This document shows positions 8,289 to 16,858 of a stretch of 42,546 nucleotides of DNA, in pieces; position 1 is the stretch's first letter; the number at the start of each line of letters is the position of its first letter. The position numbers and the translations under genes are program-made. The stretch comes from Chthonomonadaceae bacterium. Lineage in GTDB: Bacteria; Armatimonadota; Chthonomonadetes; Chthonomonadales; Chthonomonadaceae. The notes under the pieces are model-generated. The model saw only the letters and a list, made by a program, of their open reading frames with translations, was not told the origin of the DNA and searched no databases. The stretch is from NCBI GenBank assembly GCA_035650735.1, contig DASRGZ010000033.1, positions 1 through 42,546 on the forward strand, in the 5' to 3' direction.

Positions 8289-9344
8289 CTATTCCTCCGT
8301 CCGGGGCAGCGACTCCGCCGGCATAACCTCCAGCGTCAGCTTTTCGCCGCGCCGCAGGACGGCCAGCGGCGTCTTCTGGCCCACCTGCTGATCGGTCAGC
8401 AGTCGGTGCAGGTCGTCAATGTCGGCGACCGGCTTATCGCCAAAGGCGATGATGACATCGCCCTCCTGCACGCCTGCCTTCCGCGCCGGGCTTTCGGCAT
8501 CCATCGAAACCACGAGGATGCCGCTCTCCTGCGGCAGAGCGTGCGCGCGCACCAGCCGGCGCGGCAGCTCGACGTTCTGCCCGGCCACGCCGATATAGCT
8601 GCGCCGGATCTTGCCGTCGCGCATCAGGCGGGCGGCGACGAACTTGGCCGTGTCAATGGCGGTGGCGAAGCAGATGCCCTGCGCCGGCAGGATAATGGCG
8701 GTGTTGACGCCGATGACTTCCCCGCGCGAATTAACCAGCGGCCCGCCGGAGTTGCCCGGATTGAGCGCCGCGTCCGTCTGAAGGACGTTATCAATGAGCC
8801 GCCCCGACTGCGACCGGAGCGAACGGCCCAGCGCGCTGACGACGCCGGCGGTCACCGTACACTGGAAGCCATACGGGTTGCCGATGGCTATCGCAAGCTG
8901 CCCGACCCGCACCGATTGCGAGTCGCCGAGCTTGGCCGGAACCAGATCGGGCGCATAGATGCGGAGCACGGCCAGGTCGGTATCCGGGTCATCGCCGATC
9001 ATGTAGCCGGGATAGTGGCGGCCATCCGACAGGGTGACCTCGATTTTGGTCGCGTTATGGACGACGTGGCTGTTGGTCAGGATGAAGCCGTCGGGCGTGA
9101 AAACGAAGCCGGAGCCGTTGCCGCGCACCTCGCGCGGCACGCGCGGATCTCTGGCTAGCCGCCCTGTCACCCGCTGCGTCACCTCAATATTGACAACCGA
9201 AGGGCTGACGATCTCCGCCGCTCGAATGACGGCCTGCGAGTAGGCATCCAGCAGGGCCTCATCCGTGAGCGGCGCACCCTCGGAAAATCGCCTCTCCTCG
9301 ACGTGGGCGCCGTTGCCGGCTACCCGCTCCAAAACTTGCATCAT
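8289..9344 (-). CDS. HtrA/DegQ-family trypsin-like serine protease with one PDZ domain (no obvious signal peptide)
   Basis: TNSHVV, DLAV, QTDAALNPGNSGGPL; C-terminal PDZ (SPARKAGVQEGDVI); GAGGAGG RBS. Confidence 0.93.
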   Translation of the reverse strand: MMQVLERVAGNGAHVEERRFSEGAPLTDEALLDAYSQAVIRAAEIVSPSVVNIEVTQRVTGRLARDPRVPREVRGNGSGFVFTPDGFILTNSHVVHNATKIEVTLSDGRHYPGYMIGDDPDTDLAVLRIYAPDLVPAKLGDSQSVRVGQLAIAIGNPYGFQCTVTAGVVSALGRSLRSQSGRLIDNVLQTDAALNPGNSGGPLVNSRGEVIGVNTAIILPAQGICFATAIDTAKFVAARLMRDGKIRRSYIGVAGQNVELPRRLVRAHALPQESGILVVSMDAESPARKAGVQEGDVIIAFGDKPVADIDDLHRLLTDQQVGQKTPLAVLRRGEKLTLEVMPAESLPRTEE

Positions 9345-9450
9345 GGCAGTTCCTCCTCTGTGCAGGAACCAGGAACGAGGATGGTAAGCTGCATCCTGCC
9401 TCTGTTTCTCTCTTGAATATACGCATTATTATATCATCTAGTTGCCGATA

Positions 9451-9480
9451 TTGCAAATACCTATCCAATGATGGTATACT
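9451..9480 (+). promoter_or_regulatory. candidate sigma70 promoter of the HxlR gene
   Basis: TTGCAA-N18-TATACT with extended -10 TG, in an AT-rich divergent intergenic region. Confidence 0.45.
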
Positions 9481-9516
9481 AACTAAAAAGTAACCATTAG
9501 TCTGGAGAGGACGAAG

Positions 9517-9882
9517 ATGGAACCTCAGTGCACCAAATGCCCGGCGGAGACTACTCTACAGGTCATCGGCGGACGCTGGAAGATCCCGATACTCTGGCAC
9601 CTGTTTGGCGGCGAGAAGCGCTTTTCGGAGCTGCGGCGCGCTCTAGGCTGCGTGACGCAGAAGATGCTTACCGAACAGCTCCGGGAGATGGAGCGCGACG
9701 GCATCATCTCCCGCAAGGTCTATCCGCAGGTCCCCCCGAAGGTGGAGTATTCGCTCACCCCCCTGGGAGAGAGCCTCAAGCCGATAGTGGACGCGATGTG
9801 TCAGTGGGGATTGCTGCGGCAGCCTGAATTGGCAAAGAAAGACGCAGAAATTCTTCGCCGCGAGCAGGAAAATGCAGGGTGA
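9517..9882 (+). CDS. HxlR-family winged-helix regulator
   Basis: CPAETTLQVIGGRWK...RFSELRR...TQKMLTEQLREMERDG...PPKVEYSLT. Confidence 0.93.
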   Translation: MEPQCTKCPAETTLQVIGGRWKIPILWHLFGGEKRFSELRRALGCVTQKMLTEQLREMERDGIISRKVYPQVPPKVEYSLTPLGESLKPIVDAMCQWGLLRQPELAKKDAEILRREQENAG

Positions 9883-10024
9883 GCGGCAAACTAACAATTA
9901 CCGTTAACGCCAAAGCCTAATCGCGCCAGTGCAGGATCAATCGCTACTTCATACGGGCTCCTGGCCACCTTTCCGCGACCGCCGCCCTGGCAGCTAGGTT
10001 CTATCCTCACGATGGGAGCCGGAT

Positions 10025-10990
10025 ATGCAGCAAGCCGCCGCCGCCTTTCTCGCCGCTTTAGAGCCGCACCAGGCGCAGAAGGCCCACCAACCGTTCAACT
10101 CCGAAGAGCGTTTGAACTGGCATTATGTCCCCAAAGAACGCCAGGGGCTGTGTTTTAAGGAGATGCGCCCATCCCAACGCGAGGTGGCGTACTCCTTGCT
10201 GCGCGTGGGCTTGAGCCAGAAGGGGTTGGCCAAAGCCGCCGCCATCCGCCAGTTGGAAAACGTGCTGCGCGAGATCGAGCAGGGCAAAGGGCCAGTGCGC
10301 GACCCCGACCTCTACTTTGTCACCATCTTCGGCGAGCCTTCCGAGAAGGGCGTCTGGGGCTGGCGCTACGAGGGCCACCATATCTCCCTGCACTGGACTC
10401 TGCTGCGGGGCAAAGTGATCGCCAGCACCCCCCAGTTCCTGGGAGCCAATCCGGCGGAGGTGCGCGACGGGCCGCTGCGGGGCACGCGCGTCCTGGCCGC
10501 TGAGGAAGACCTGGCACGCGCGCTCGTCAAGTCATTGGATGCGGCGCAGCGGCAGGAGGCCATTCTCAGCGACACCGCTCCGCCCGATATCATCACGCGC
10601 GCAGAGCGGAAAGTCTCTATTCTGGAACACCGGGGGCTTGCCTATCCGCAGATGAACAGCGAGCAGCAGGGATTACTGCTGGAGCTCATCCACGAGTACG
10701 TCAGCGCGCAGGCTTCGATTATGGCGCGGCAGCGGCTGGATAGGGTGCGGCGCGGGGGCCTGGAGAATATCAAGTTCGCCTGGATGGGCGGCCTGGAGCG
10801 CGGTCAGGGCCACTACTACCGCATCCAGGGGCCGGCCTTCCTCATTGAATACGACTGCACGCAAAACGACGCCAACCACATCCATACCGTCTGGCGCGAC
10901 TTTAACGGCGATTTCGGGGCCGACCTGCTGGAGCGGCACTACCAGTCGTCTCCGCACCATCAGCGCATGGCGAACAAATCGGTCAAGTGA
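10025..10990 (+). CDS. DUF3500 domain protein
   Basis: WHYVP, WGWRYEGHHISL, TPQFLGANP, HYYRIQGPAFLIEYD, NHIHTVWRD motifs. Confidence 0.85.
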   Translation: MQQAAAAFLAALEPHQAQKAHQPFNSEERLNWHYVPKERQGLCFKEMRPSQREVAYSLLRVGLSQKGLAKAAAIRQLENVLREIEQGKGPVRDPDLYFVTIFGEPSEKGVWGWRYEGHHISLHWTLLRGKVIASTPQFLGANPAEVRDGPLRGTRVLAAEEDLARALVKSLDAAQRQEAILSDTAPPDIITRAERKVSILEHRGLAYPQMNSEQQGLLLELIHEYVSAQASIMARQRLDRVRRGGLENIKFAWMGGLERGQGHYYRIQGPAFLIEYDCTQNDANHIHTVWRDFNGDFGADLLERHYQSSPHHQRMANKSVK

Positions 10991-11016
10991 CTCCGGCAGG
11001 CTGAGCACAGACGGAA

Positions 11017-11082
11017 GCGCCCATCCCTAAAGGGATGGGCGCCTGCTCCACGGGCTGCAAAGCGAAGGGCTTCAGCCCGTCG
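11017..11082. repeat. hairpin plus single family-B REP between convergent genes
   Basis: GCGCCCATCCC-TAAA-GGGATGGGCGC (11017-11042) and AGCGAAGGGCTTCAGCCCGTCG (11061-11082). Confidence 0.65.
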
Positions 11083-11084
11083 CG

Positions 11085-11612
11085 CTACCCGGCGGCGCGG
11101 GCTATGGCCTCCGCAAGCGCCTCCAACGTTGCCGGCCCCTCATAATGCTCGCCGTTGATAAAGAAGGTGGGCGTACTGCCGATGCCGGTCGGGCGGATGC
11201 CGTCCACATCCTCGCGAACGCCCGCGTAGGCTTGCGGGTTTGCCAACTCCTGCTCGAAACGCTCGCCCTCCAGGCCGATCTCCTCCGCATACCGGCGCAG
11301 GTCCGGGCGGTTGAGTCGGGGGCTATGCTCGTAGAGCGCATCGTGCATCTCCCAGAAACGGCCCAACGCGCCCGCCGCCTCCGCCGCTTTGGCCGCATCC
11401 AGCGCGTGAATATGGATGTCGGTCAGGGGCAGATGGCGAAAGATAAAGCGTAGGCGCTCGCCCTGATCCTCCAGCAGCCGCTTGATAACGGGGTAGGCCG
11501 CCGCGCTATCCTCACACTGAAAGTCGCCATATTCGATTAGAGTAACCGGTGCCTCCGCCGATCCCCGCTGCCAGTCCTTAGGGTTGGGGGGCACAGGTAG
11601 GGTAATAGCCAT
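11085..11612 (-). CDS. DsbA-like thioredoxin-fold protein with CxxS site
   Basis: GSAEAPVTLIEYGDFQCEDS, FRHLPL, STPTFFING; GGAGAGAGG upstream. Confidence 0.85.
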   Translation of the reverse strand: MAITLPVPPNPKDWQRGSAEAPVTLIEYGDFQCEDSAAAYPVIKRLLEDQGERLRFIFRHLPLTDIHIHALDAAKAAEAAGALGRFWEMHDALYEHSPRLNRPDLRRYAEEIGLEGERFEQELANPQAYAGVREDVDGIRPTGIGSTPTFFINGEHYEGPATLEALAEAIARAAG

Positions 11613-11784
11613 TCGCCTCTCTCCTTCTATGGGCGATTCCGGCGCCTCGCGCCGTTGTGTATATCGCAGCGGCGTCAGAAAAGTTCCGGATTGCTGCGAC
11701 CATCGCGCGTAGCCGCCCGGACAACAGGGAGTTCCTTAAAGCAGAGAACGTTTCGCATTGATGCGGCAGGCGGGTTAGCTTCTA

Positions 11785-13116
11785 TCAGCGGTGGGCGGCG
11801 CGGTTTTCGCGCAGCAAGGTGCGGCGATAGCGGGCCAGGCGCAGCGTCTCTGCCGGGTCAGGCGGGGCGGGAAGGGTGCTCAGGTCGGCCAGAATACGGG
11901 CGTTGACCCGGCCATAGCCCATCGGCAGGGAGAGGAAGCCTGCCGCCGCCAGCGCCTCCTGATATTCGGCCAATGCGCCGTGCAGCTTCCGCAGGTTGGT
12001 CGGACGCGCCAGCGGCAGATAGGCCCGCGCCCAGGTCTCCACCTCCGCCAGCCACCAGTTGTCTCCCACCCGACGATGGAGGAAGCGATAGTAGATGGCG
12101 GCCTGCCAGGTGCGCGCCTCGCACGCAAACGCCTCCTGCCCGGCGACCGGCAGGCCAAAGAACGCCGGCAGCGTCTCCGGGGTGACGCGGTAGCGCTGCG
12201 TCAGCCACTCCCACAGCCACCAATCGGAGGCGGGCGTGGCGGAGGCGTGCTGGCTGCGGGCTGCGGAGGCAGCGCCCGGCTGCGGCATGGGGGCCGTCGG
12301 GTGGGCAGCCTCCGGCCAGGAGAGCAGCGCCCAGGGAAAATCCAGGGCCAGAAGCGGCCTGGCGGAGAGGCGGCCCGTCGGGCGTAGCGCCTGCGTGTCT
12401 TCGGCGGGACGGAACCGTGCCAGCGTTCCGGCAGGCAGGCGCTCGCCGATGGCGTCCAAAAACAGCAGCGGGGCGCCGTCCCAGAGCAGGGCGCGCTCCA
12501 GCTCCGCCGTGCGCAGCGTCACCGGCGCGGGGCCGTTCTCTGCCGGGCCAATTGCCGCCGGGCAGGAAGCGGCGGAGGAGGACGAGCGCGTTTCCTGGTA
12601 CAGCCGTGAGCCGCCAAGCAGCCACAGGTCCGCGATGCCTGCCTCCCGGTAGAGGCGATGCCGCCGCCGCCATTCCCGCGCCGAAAGAGGGGCGCACTGG
12701 TATTCGAGGACGATGCGGCGGGGCCGGCGCCCCTGGCCGGGCAGCGTTGCCAGCACATCGGCGCGCTGCCCCGTCTCGCTGAGGATGGCCTCCAGCGTCA
12801 CCTCGGCCTCCGGCAGGCGCGACCGCAGCCAGCGGGCGATGAGCAGCTTGCCGGCGCGGTGCTCCTCCGTTTCCGGCTCGGTCTGCGGCAGGCGGCACAC
12901 GGCCCCCGGCAGGTGGGCGAAGTGGTGGGCGCGCACGGTTCCCGCGTGCAGCACGACGACGGCCCCGCAGCCGGGACAGGTGAGCGCGCGCGTATCCGAC
13001 AGGCGGCGCAGCTCTTCCGGGGATTCGACCCCGATGGTAACGCGGCGCAGGCCCCACTGCGCCGTCAGCATATTTTGCGCGGCTGCTGGTCTTTTGCCTT
13101 CCGTCACGCGTTGCAT
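11785..13116 (-). CDS. CoiA-like protein (Zn finger + PD-(D/E)XK nuclease-like domain)
   Basis: CPGCG...HHFAH...C...ETEEHRAGK...QRADV...LEYQCAPLS...R.RLYREAGI; AGGAGG RBS. Confidence 0.8.
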   Translation of the reverse strand: MQRVTEGKRPAAAQNMLTAQWGLRRVTIGVESPEELRRLSDTRALTCPGCGAVVVLHAGTVRAHHFAHLPGAVCRLPQTEPETEEHRAGKLLIARWLRSRLPEAEVTLEAILSETGQRADVLATLPGQGRRPRRIVLEYQCAPLSAREWRRRHRLYREAGIADLWLLGGSRLYQETRSSSSAASCPAAIGPAENGPAPVTLRTAELERALLWDGAPLLFLDAIGERLPAGTLARFRPAEDTQALRPTGRLSARPLLALDFPWALLSWPEAAHPTAPMPQPGAASAARSQHASATPASDWWLWEWLTQRYRVTPETLPAFFGLPVAGQEAFACEARTWQAAIYYRFLHRRVGDNWWLAEVETWARAYLPLARPTNLRKLHGALAEYQEALAAAGFLSLPMGYGRVNARILADLSTLPAPPDPAETLRLARYRRTLLRENRAAHR

Positions 13117-13448
13117 TAAGAAACGTAAACCTCCTGATAACTGGGCGGCGCTCGCCGGTATGGTAGACGCTATTTCGCTATTTCCGGTTTGCGTTCCTTC
13201 CGGGCCGCCCGCCCAAAAAATCTTTCTGTTTGGGCCAAAACATTTGTCATTCGTCCAACCTCTTGCAGGAATCTTGACGCCCGGACGAGAATTTCACGTA
13301 ATCCCATTGCCCTCTATGTAAGACGCCGCCCGCGAAGCGTCTTAATAGGCAGGGATACTTTCGGGCTTTCCGCCAAAATCCTACTGTCCTCCCTGTCAGG
13401 CGCCCCCATTTTCTGTGTGTGCGGTATTCAAAGTAAGGAGGGGTACGA

Positions 13449-14857
13449 TGGTACCTTCGCGCACGCTTCTTATCTCCCTGCTACTCTGCTGCTTCCCCCT
13501 GATCGCACGCGGCTCCGCCCCGCGTCCAACTCTCTGGCACGAGGATACGCCCGATACGCCAACCGTCGCCGTGACCGATTTTGCCGGCACGGACCGCGAG
13601 TTGGGGCACTTCCTGGCCGAAACGCTGCTAACCGACCTCAACCGCTCGGACCGGCTCCACGTCGTAGAGCCTGCGGAAGTTCAGCAGGCCCTACAGGACC
13701 TGGAGCTTCCCCCTGCGGGCCTGCTGGAGCCGCCGCAGGCCCGACGCCTGGGTCGGGAGGTCGGCGCAGACCGCCTTCTCGTCGGCAGTTACCTGGCGCG
13801 TGACGGGCGTCTCCTGGTCAACGCACGCCTTCTGGAGGTGCAGACGGGCCATACGGTGCCCGGCGGCGCGGCCAATGTCTCCGGCGACCGGCAGGATATT
13901 CTGGCGCTTGCCCACCGGCTCGCCAACCAGATTCACCAGCGTCTGACCGGCGCAGAGCTTGTTCTGGACGCGCCGCAAGCGCCGACGAAGCCCCCAGCGG
14001 AAGCTGACGATCCTCCGGCCTCCCCCCAGGAGGAGGAGCAAGAATCCCTGGAGCCGCTTCAGCAGAGCGGGCTTATCCCGGAGCGGGCACGGCCCGACGG
14101 CATTGTTCGAGAGCGAGATCTGATGGAACTGGTCGGTCGGGTTGCGCGGCGGCTTGGCTCCCGGACCCGGCACGCCGTCTCGGCTACCCAGCCCCGGATG
14201 CCGGTATCACGGGTTCGCGCGCTCACGGCGTTAGTGAAGGTGGCCCTCTCGCCGGAAGACCTGGCGGCCTATCGCACGGCCCCGAACGAAGAAGAAATGC
14301 CCGCAGCGCGGCAGGTGCCCCTCTGGGGACGGCCCTATTTCACGGCGGCGGTGGCACAGGGCTGGTGGCCGGCAGAGCAGCCCTTGCGCGCACGCGAGAC
14401 GGCGACCTGGGGCTTTGTGGCCAGTCTCCTGGCGAAGATGCCCCTGGAGGAGGCCGATCCAACCGCTCCACCCCTGCCAAGGGAGGTGCCGGAGCCCGCG
14501 CCCGAACCCGAGAACTATACGGGCCTGGTCATTGACGCGCGGGATCTGCCGCTGCAGCGGACGATGGGCCCGCGTATCCTAGATGAAAATGGGCGCGCTG
14601 TCTACCCCGATCCGACGCATGTGCCGGATTTCGACTTCCTCCAGGATAGAGGCATGGCCTCCTATGACGAGGATTTAGGCAGCGCACGGCGGGCAGGAAG
14701 CCATCCGCTGATCGTTCGCGCGCTCGACGTCGCCGGGCCGGGCCATGATGATGTGGTTATCTCCAATGAGGCGGCGCAGCGTATCCGCGAGACGAACCGG
14801 CAGTGCGGATTCCTACGGCGCTGGGCGGTCTGCATTCTGGTTACTCCTCAGCGATAG
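13449..14857 (+). CDS. exported protein: CsgG/FlgO-like N-domain plus C-terminal TGLVIDARD-type (LPP20/FlgT-associated-like) domain
   Basis: AAGGAGG RBS before ATG 13449 region; signal peptide; VAVTDF...ARRLGREVGADRLLVGSY...NARLLEVQTG; YTGLVIDARDL...PRILDENG..VY. Confidence 0.65.
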
Positions 14858-14883
14858 CGTCTTCCCGCCTGTGAGTCGGGTCC

Positions 14884-14917
14884 TAAGAGCCGGGCATTTG
14901 CAAATGCCCGGCTCTTA
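14884..14917 (+). terminator. perfect 34-bp palindrome, likely terminator
   Basis: TAAGAGCCGGGCATTTG|CAAATGCCCGGCTCTTA followed by CTTTT, 27 bp after the stop. Confidence 0.7.
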
Positions 14918-15287
14918 CTTTTGCCGCCGCCTCCGCTCAGGTCGAAACCCCGGAGACGAAACTGCAAACACCTGTCTGTGCGTACTTCAAAGCAGGAATA
15001 TGCCGCGCTCTCGCCGGAACGATCTGCCTCCTTCTATCAAGTCCGAGGGAATACTTATCGTATGGCTACCTCAAGGTGCAGCGCATATGGGAAGAAATTC
15101 ACCGGATTGGATATTATGCCTTTGTTCGCAGGCTATCGGCAGGTGGGGAGGGAAACGTTCTGCCGGCAGCGAAAGAGGGACTTGCGGGAGCAAAATCCTG
15201 CGCTGTCGCGTCCTGTCGGCAAACGCGAGTTTGCAGGCCCGAGGCGCGGCGGGAGATTGTAAAGCAACCGAGGAAAGGATTTTCGAG

Positions 15288-15962
15288 ATGGCCGGGCCAT
15301 CGTTATTGGAAGAAGCCGTAGAGTTTGCGGAAAACCCGGAGCCGCGCTGCCCCTGTGTCTTGCTGCTGGATACCTCCGCCTCCATGCGCGGCGCGCCCAT
15401 CGAGGCGCTGAACGAGGGCCTGCGGATGTTCCGGGACGATCTGCTCCAGGATCCGCTGGCCTCGCGGCGCGTGGAGGTGGCCGTCGTTACCTTCGACAGC
15501 GACGTGCACGTCGTCCAGGATTTTGTGACCGCCGATCAGTTCGATCCGCCCACGCTGACGGCGCACGGGATGACGCACATGGGCGCGGCCATCCATAAGG
15601 CGCTGGATCTGATCCAGGCGCGCAAAGCGCAGTACCGCGCCAACGGCATCGCCTACTACCGTCCCTGGGTGTTTCTGATCACCGACGGCGCACCGCAGGG
15701 CGAGCCGGAAGAGGTCGTGGCGCAGGCGGCGCAGCGCGTTCGCGCGGATGAAGCGGCCAAGCGCGTGGCCTTCTTCGCCGTCGGCGTGGAGAACGCCGAT
15801 ATGGCGCGGCTGCGCGATATTGCCGTGCGCACCCCCGTCAAGCTGATCGGGCTTAATTTTGTGGAGATGTTCGTCTGGCTCTCGACGAGTATGCAGAAGG
15901 TCTCGCAGTCCCAACTGGACGAGCAGGTGGCCCTGCCGCCGCCGGGTTGGGGCACGGTATAA
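15288..15962 (+). CDS. TerY/YegL-like vWA domain protein
   Basis: NPEPRCPCVLLLDTSASM (MIDAS DxSxS), YYRPWVFLITDG, FVWLSTSMQKVSQS. Start reset to ATG 15288 (GGAAAGG RBS). Confidence 0.92.
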   Translation: MAGPSLLEEAVEFAENPEPRCPCVLLLDTSASMRGAPIEALNEGLRMFRDDLLQDPLASRRVEVAVVTFDSDVHVVQDFVTADQFDPPTLTAHGMTHMGAAIHKALDLIQARKAQYRANGIAYYRPWVFLITDGAPQGEPEEVVAQAAQRVRADEAAKRVAFFAVGVENADMARLRDIAVRTPVKLIGLNFVEMFVWLSTSMQKVSQSQLDEQVALPPPGWGTV

Positions 15963-16054
15963 GGATTTCATGAGGAAGGCTCCCCTGCCGGCCAGTTCGG
16001 AAAGAAGGACGGCGGTGGGGCAGGGCATAAGGATCTCCGAATGAAGGTAGGTGT

Positions 16055-16855
16055 TTGGCTGGCAGGAGTTGCAGGTTGAAGCGGGCTGCGGAGGCGCACA
16101 GCTGGCGGGTGGTTGCCGCGTCGGTGCGCGGCGCCAGCCATGAGCGGACCGGGCAGCCCTGCCAGGATGCCCACTGTTGGGCCGCGCGGCCCGGCGGCGT
16201 GCTGGTGGCGGCGGTCGCGGACGGGGCCGGCTCGGCGGCGCTGGCGGAGGTCGGCGCGGAGACGGCAGCGCGGACGGCAGTGGAGATCCTCGCCGCGTGC
16301 GCAGGCATCGCACCCCCGGAATCCGAGGCGGCATGGCAGATGCGCCTGCTGGCCGCGCTGCAAGCGGCGCGCGAGGCGGTCCTCGCCGAGGCGGAAGCGC
16401 GGGAGGCGCCCGTGCGGGAACTGGCCACAACGCTGATTCTGGCGGTCGCCACGCCGGATCGGGTCGCAGCGGCGCAGGTCGGCGACGGCGCGGCGGTCGT
16501 GCGCGATAGGGAGGGAAACCTGCACGCGCTCACGGCCCCAGAGTGCGGCGAATATATTAACGAAACCACCTTTCTCATCGCGCCCGGCGCGGCGGAGGCG
16601 GCGAACGTGACGGTGTGGCAGGGAGCCGTCACGCACCTGGCCCTCCTTTCGGATGGATTGCAGCGGCTGGCGCTGAGGATGCCCGACGGCGAGCCGCACG
16701 CGCCGTTCTTTGCGCCCCTGTTTCGCTTCGTCGAGGGCATGACGGATGTGACGGAGGCCGAGGCGCAGCTGGCGGCGTTTCTGCGCTCCCCGCGCGTCTC
16801 CGGGCGGACCGACGACGACCTGACCCTCCTGCTGGCAAGCCTTCTGCGGGAATAG
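16055..16855 (+). CDS. PP2C-family Ser/Thr phosphatase (YegK/TerY-P type)
   Basis: SVRGASH...PCQD, VADGAGS, QVGDG, EYINETTF, SDGL, DDDLTL. Confidence 0.92.
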   Translation: MAGRSCRLKRAAEAHSWRVVAASVRGASHERTGQPCQDAHCWAARPGGVLVAAVADGAGSAALAEVGAETAARTAVEILAACAGIAPPESEAAWQMRLLAALQAAREAVLAEAEAREAPVRELATTLILAVATPDRVAAAQVGDGAAVVRDREGNLHALTAPECGEYINETTFLIAPGAAEAANVTVWQGAVTHLALLSDGLQRLALRMPDGEPHAPFFAPLFRFVEGMTDVTEAEAQLAAFLRSPRVSGRTDDDLTLLLASLLRE

Positions 16856-16858
16856 GTC

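Noticed and set aside
9900..10024. Out-of-frame signal-peptide-like remnant (SATAALAARFYPHDG) upstream of the DUF3500 gene
   Set aside because: Needs one or more frameshifts and has no clear start; cannot be supported without homologue alignment.
14745..15287. Long N-terminal extensions in the ORF track (vWA from 14745; also SDR from 5037, cyclase from 22626, GntR from 4842)
   Set aside because: Extensions cross terminators, promoters or repeats; internal starts have good RBSs and match domain boundaries.
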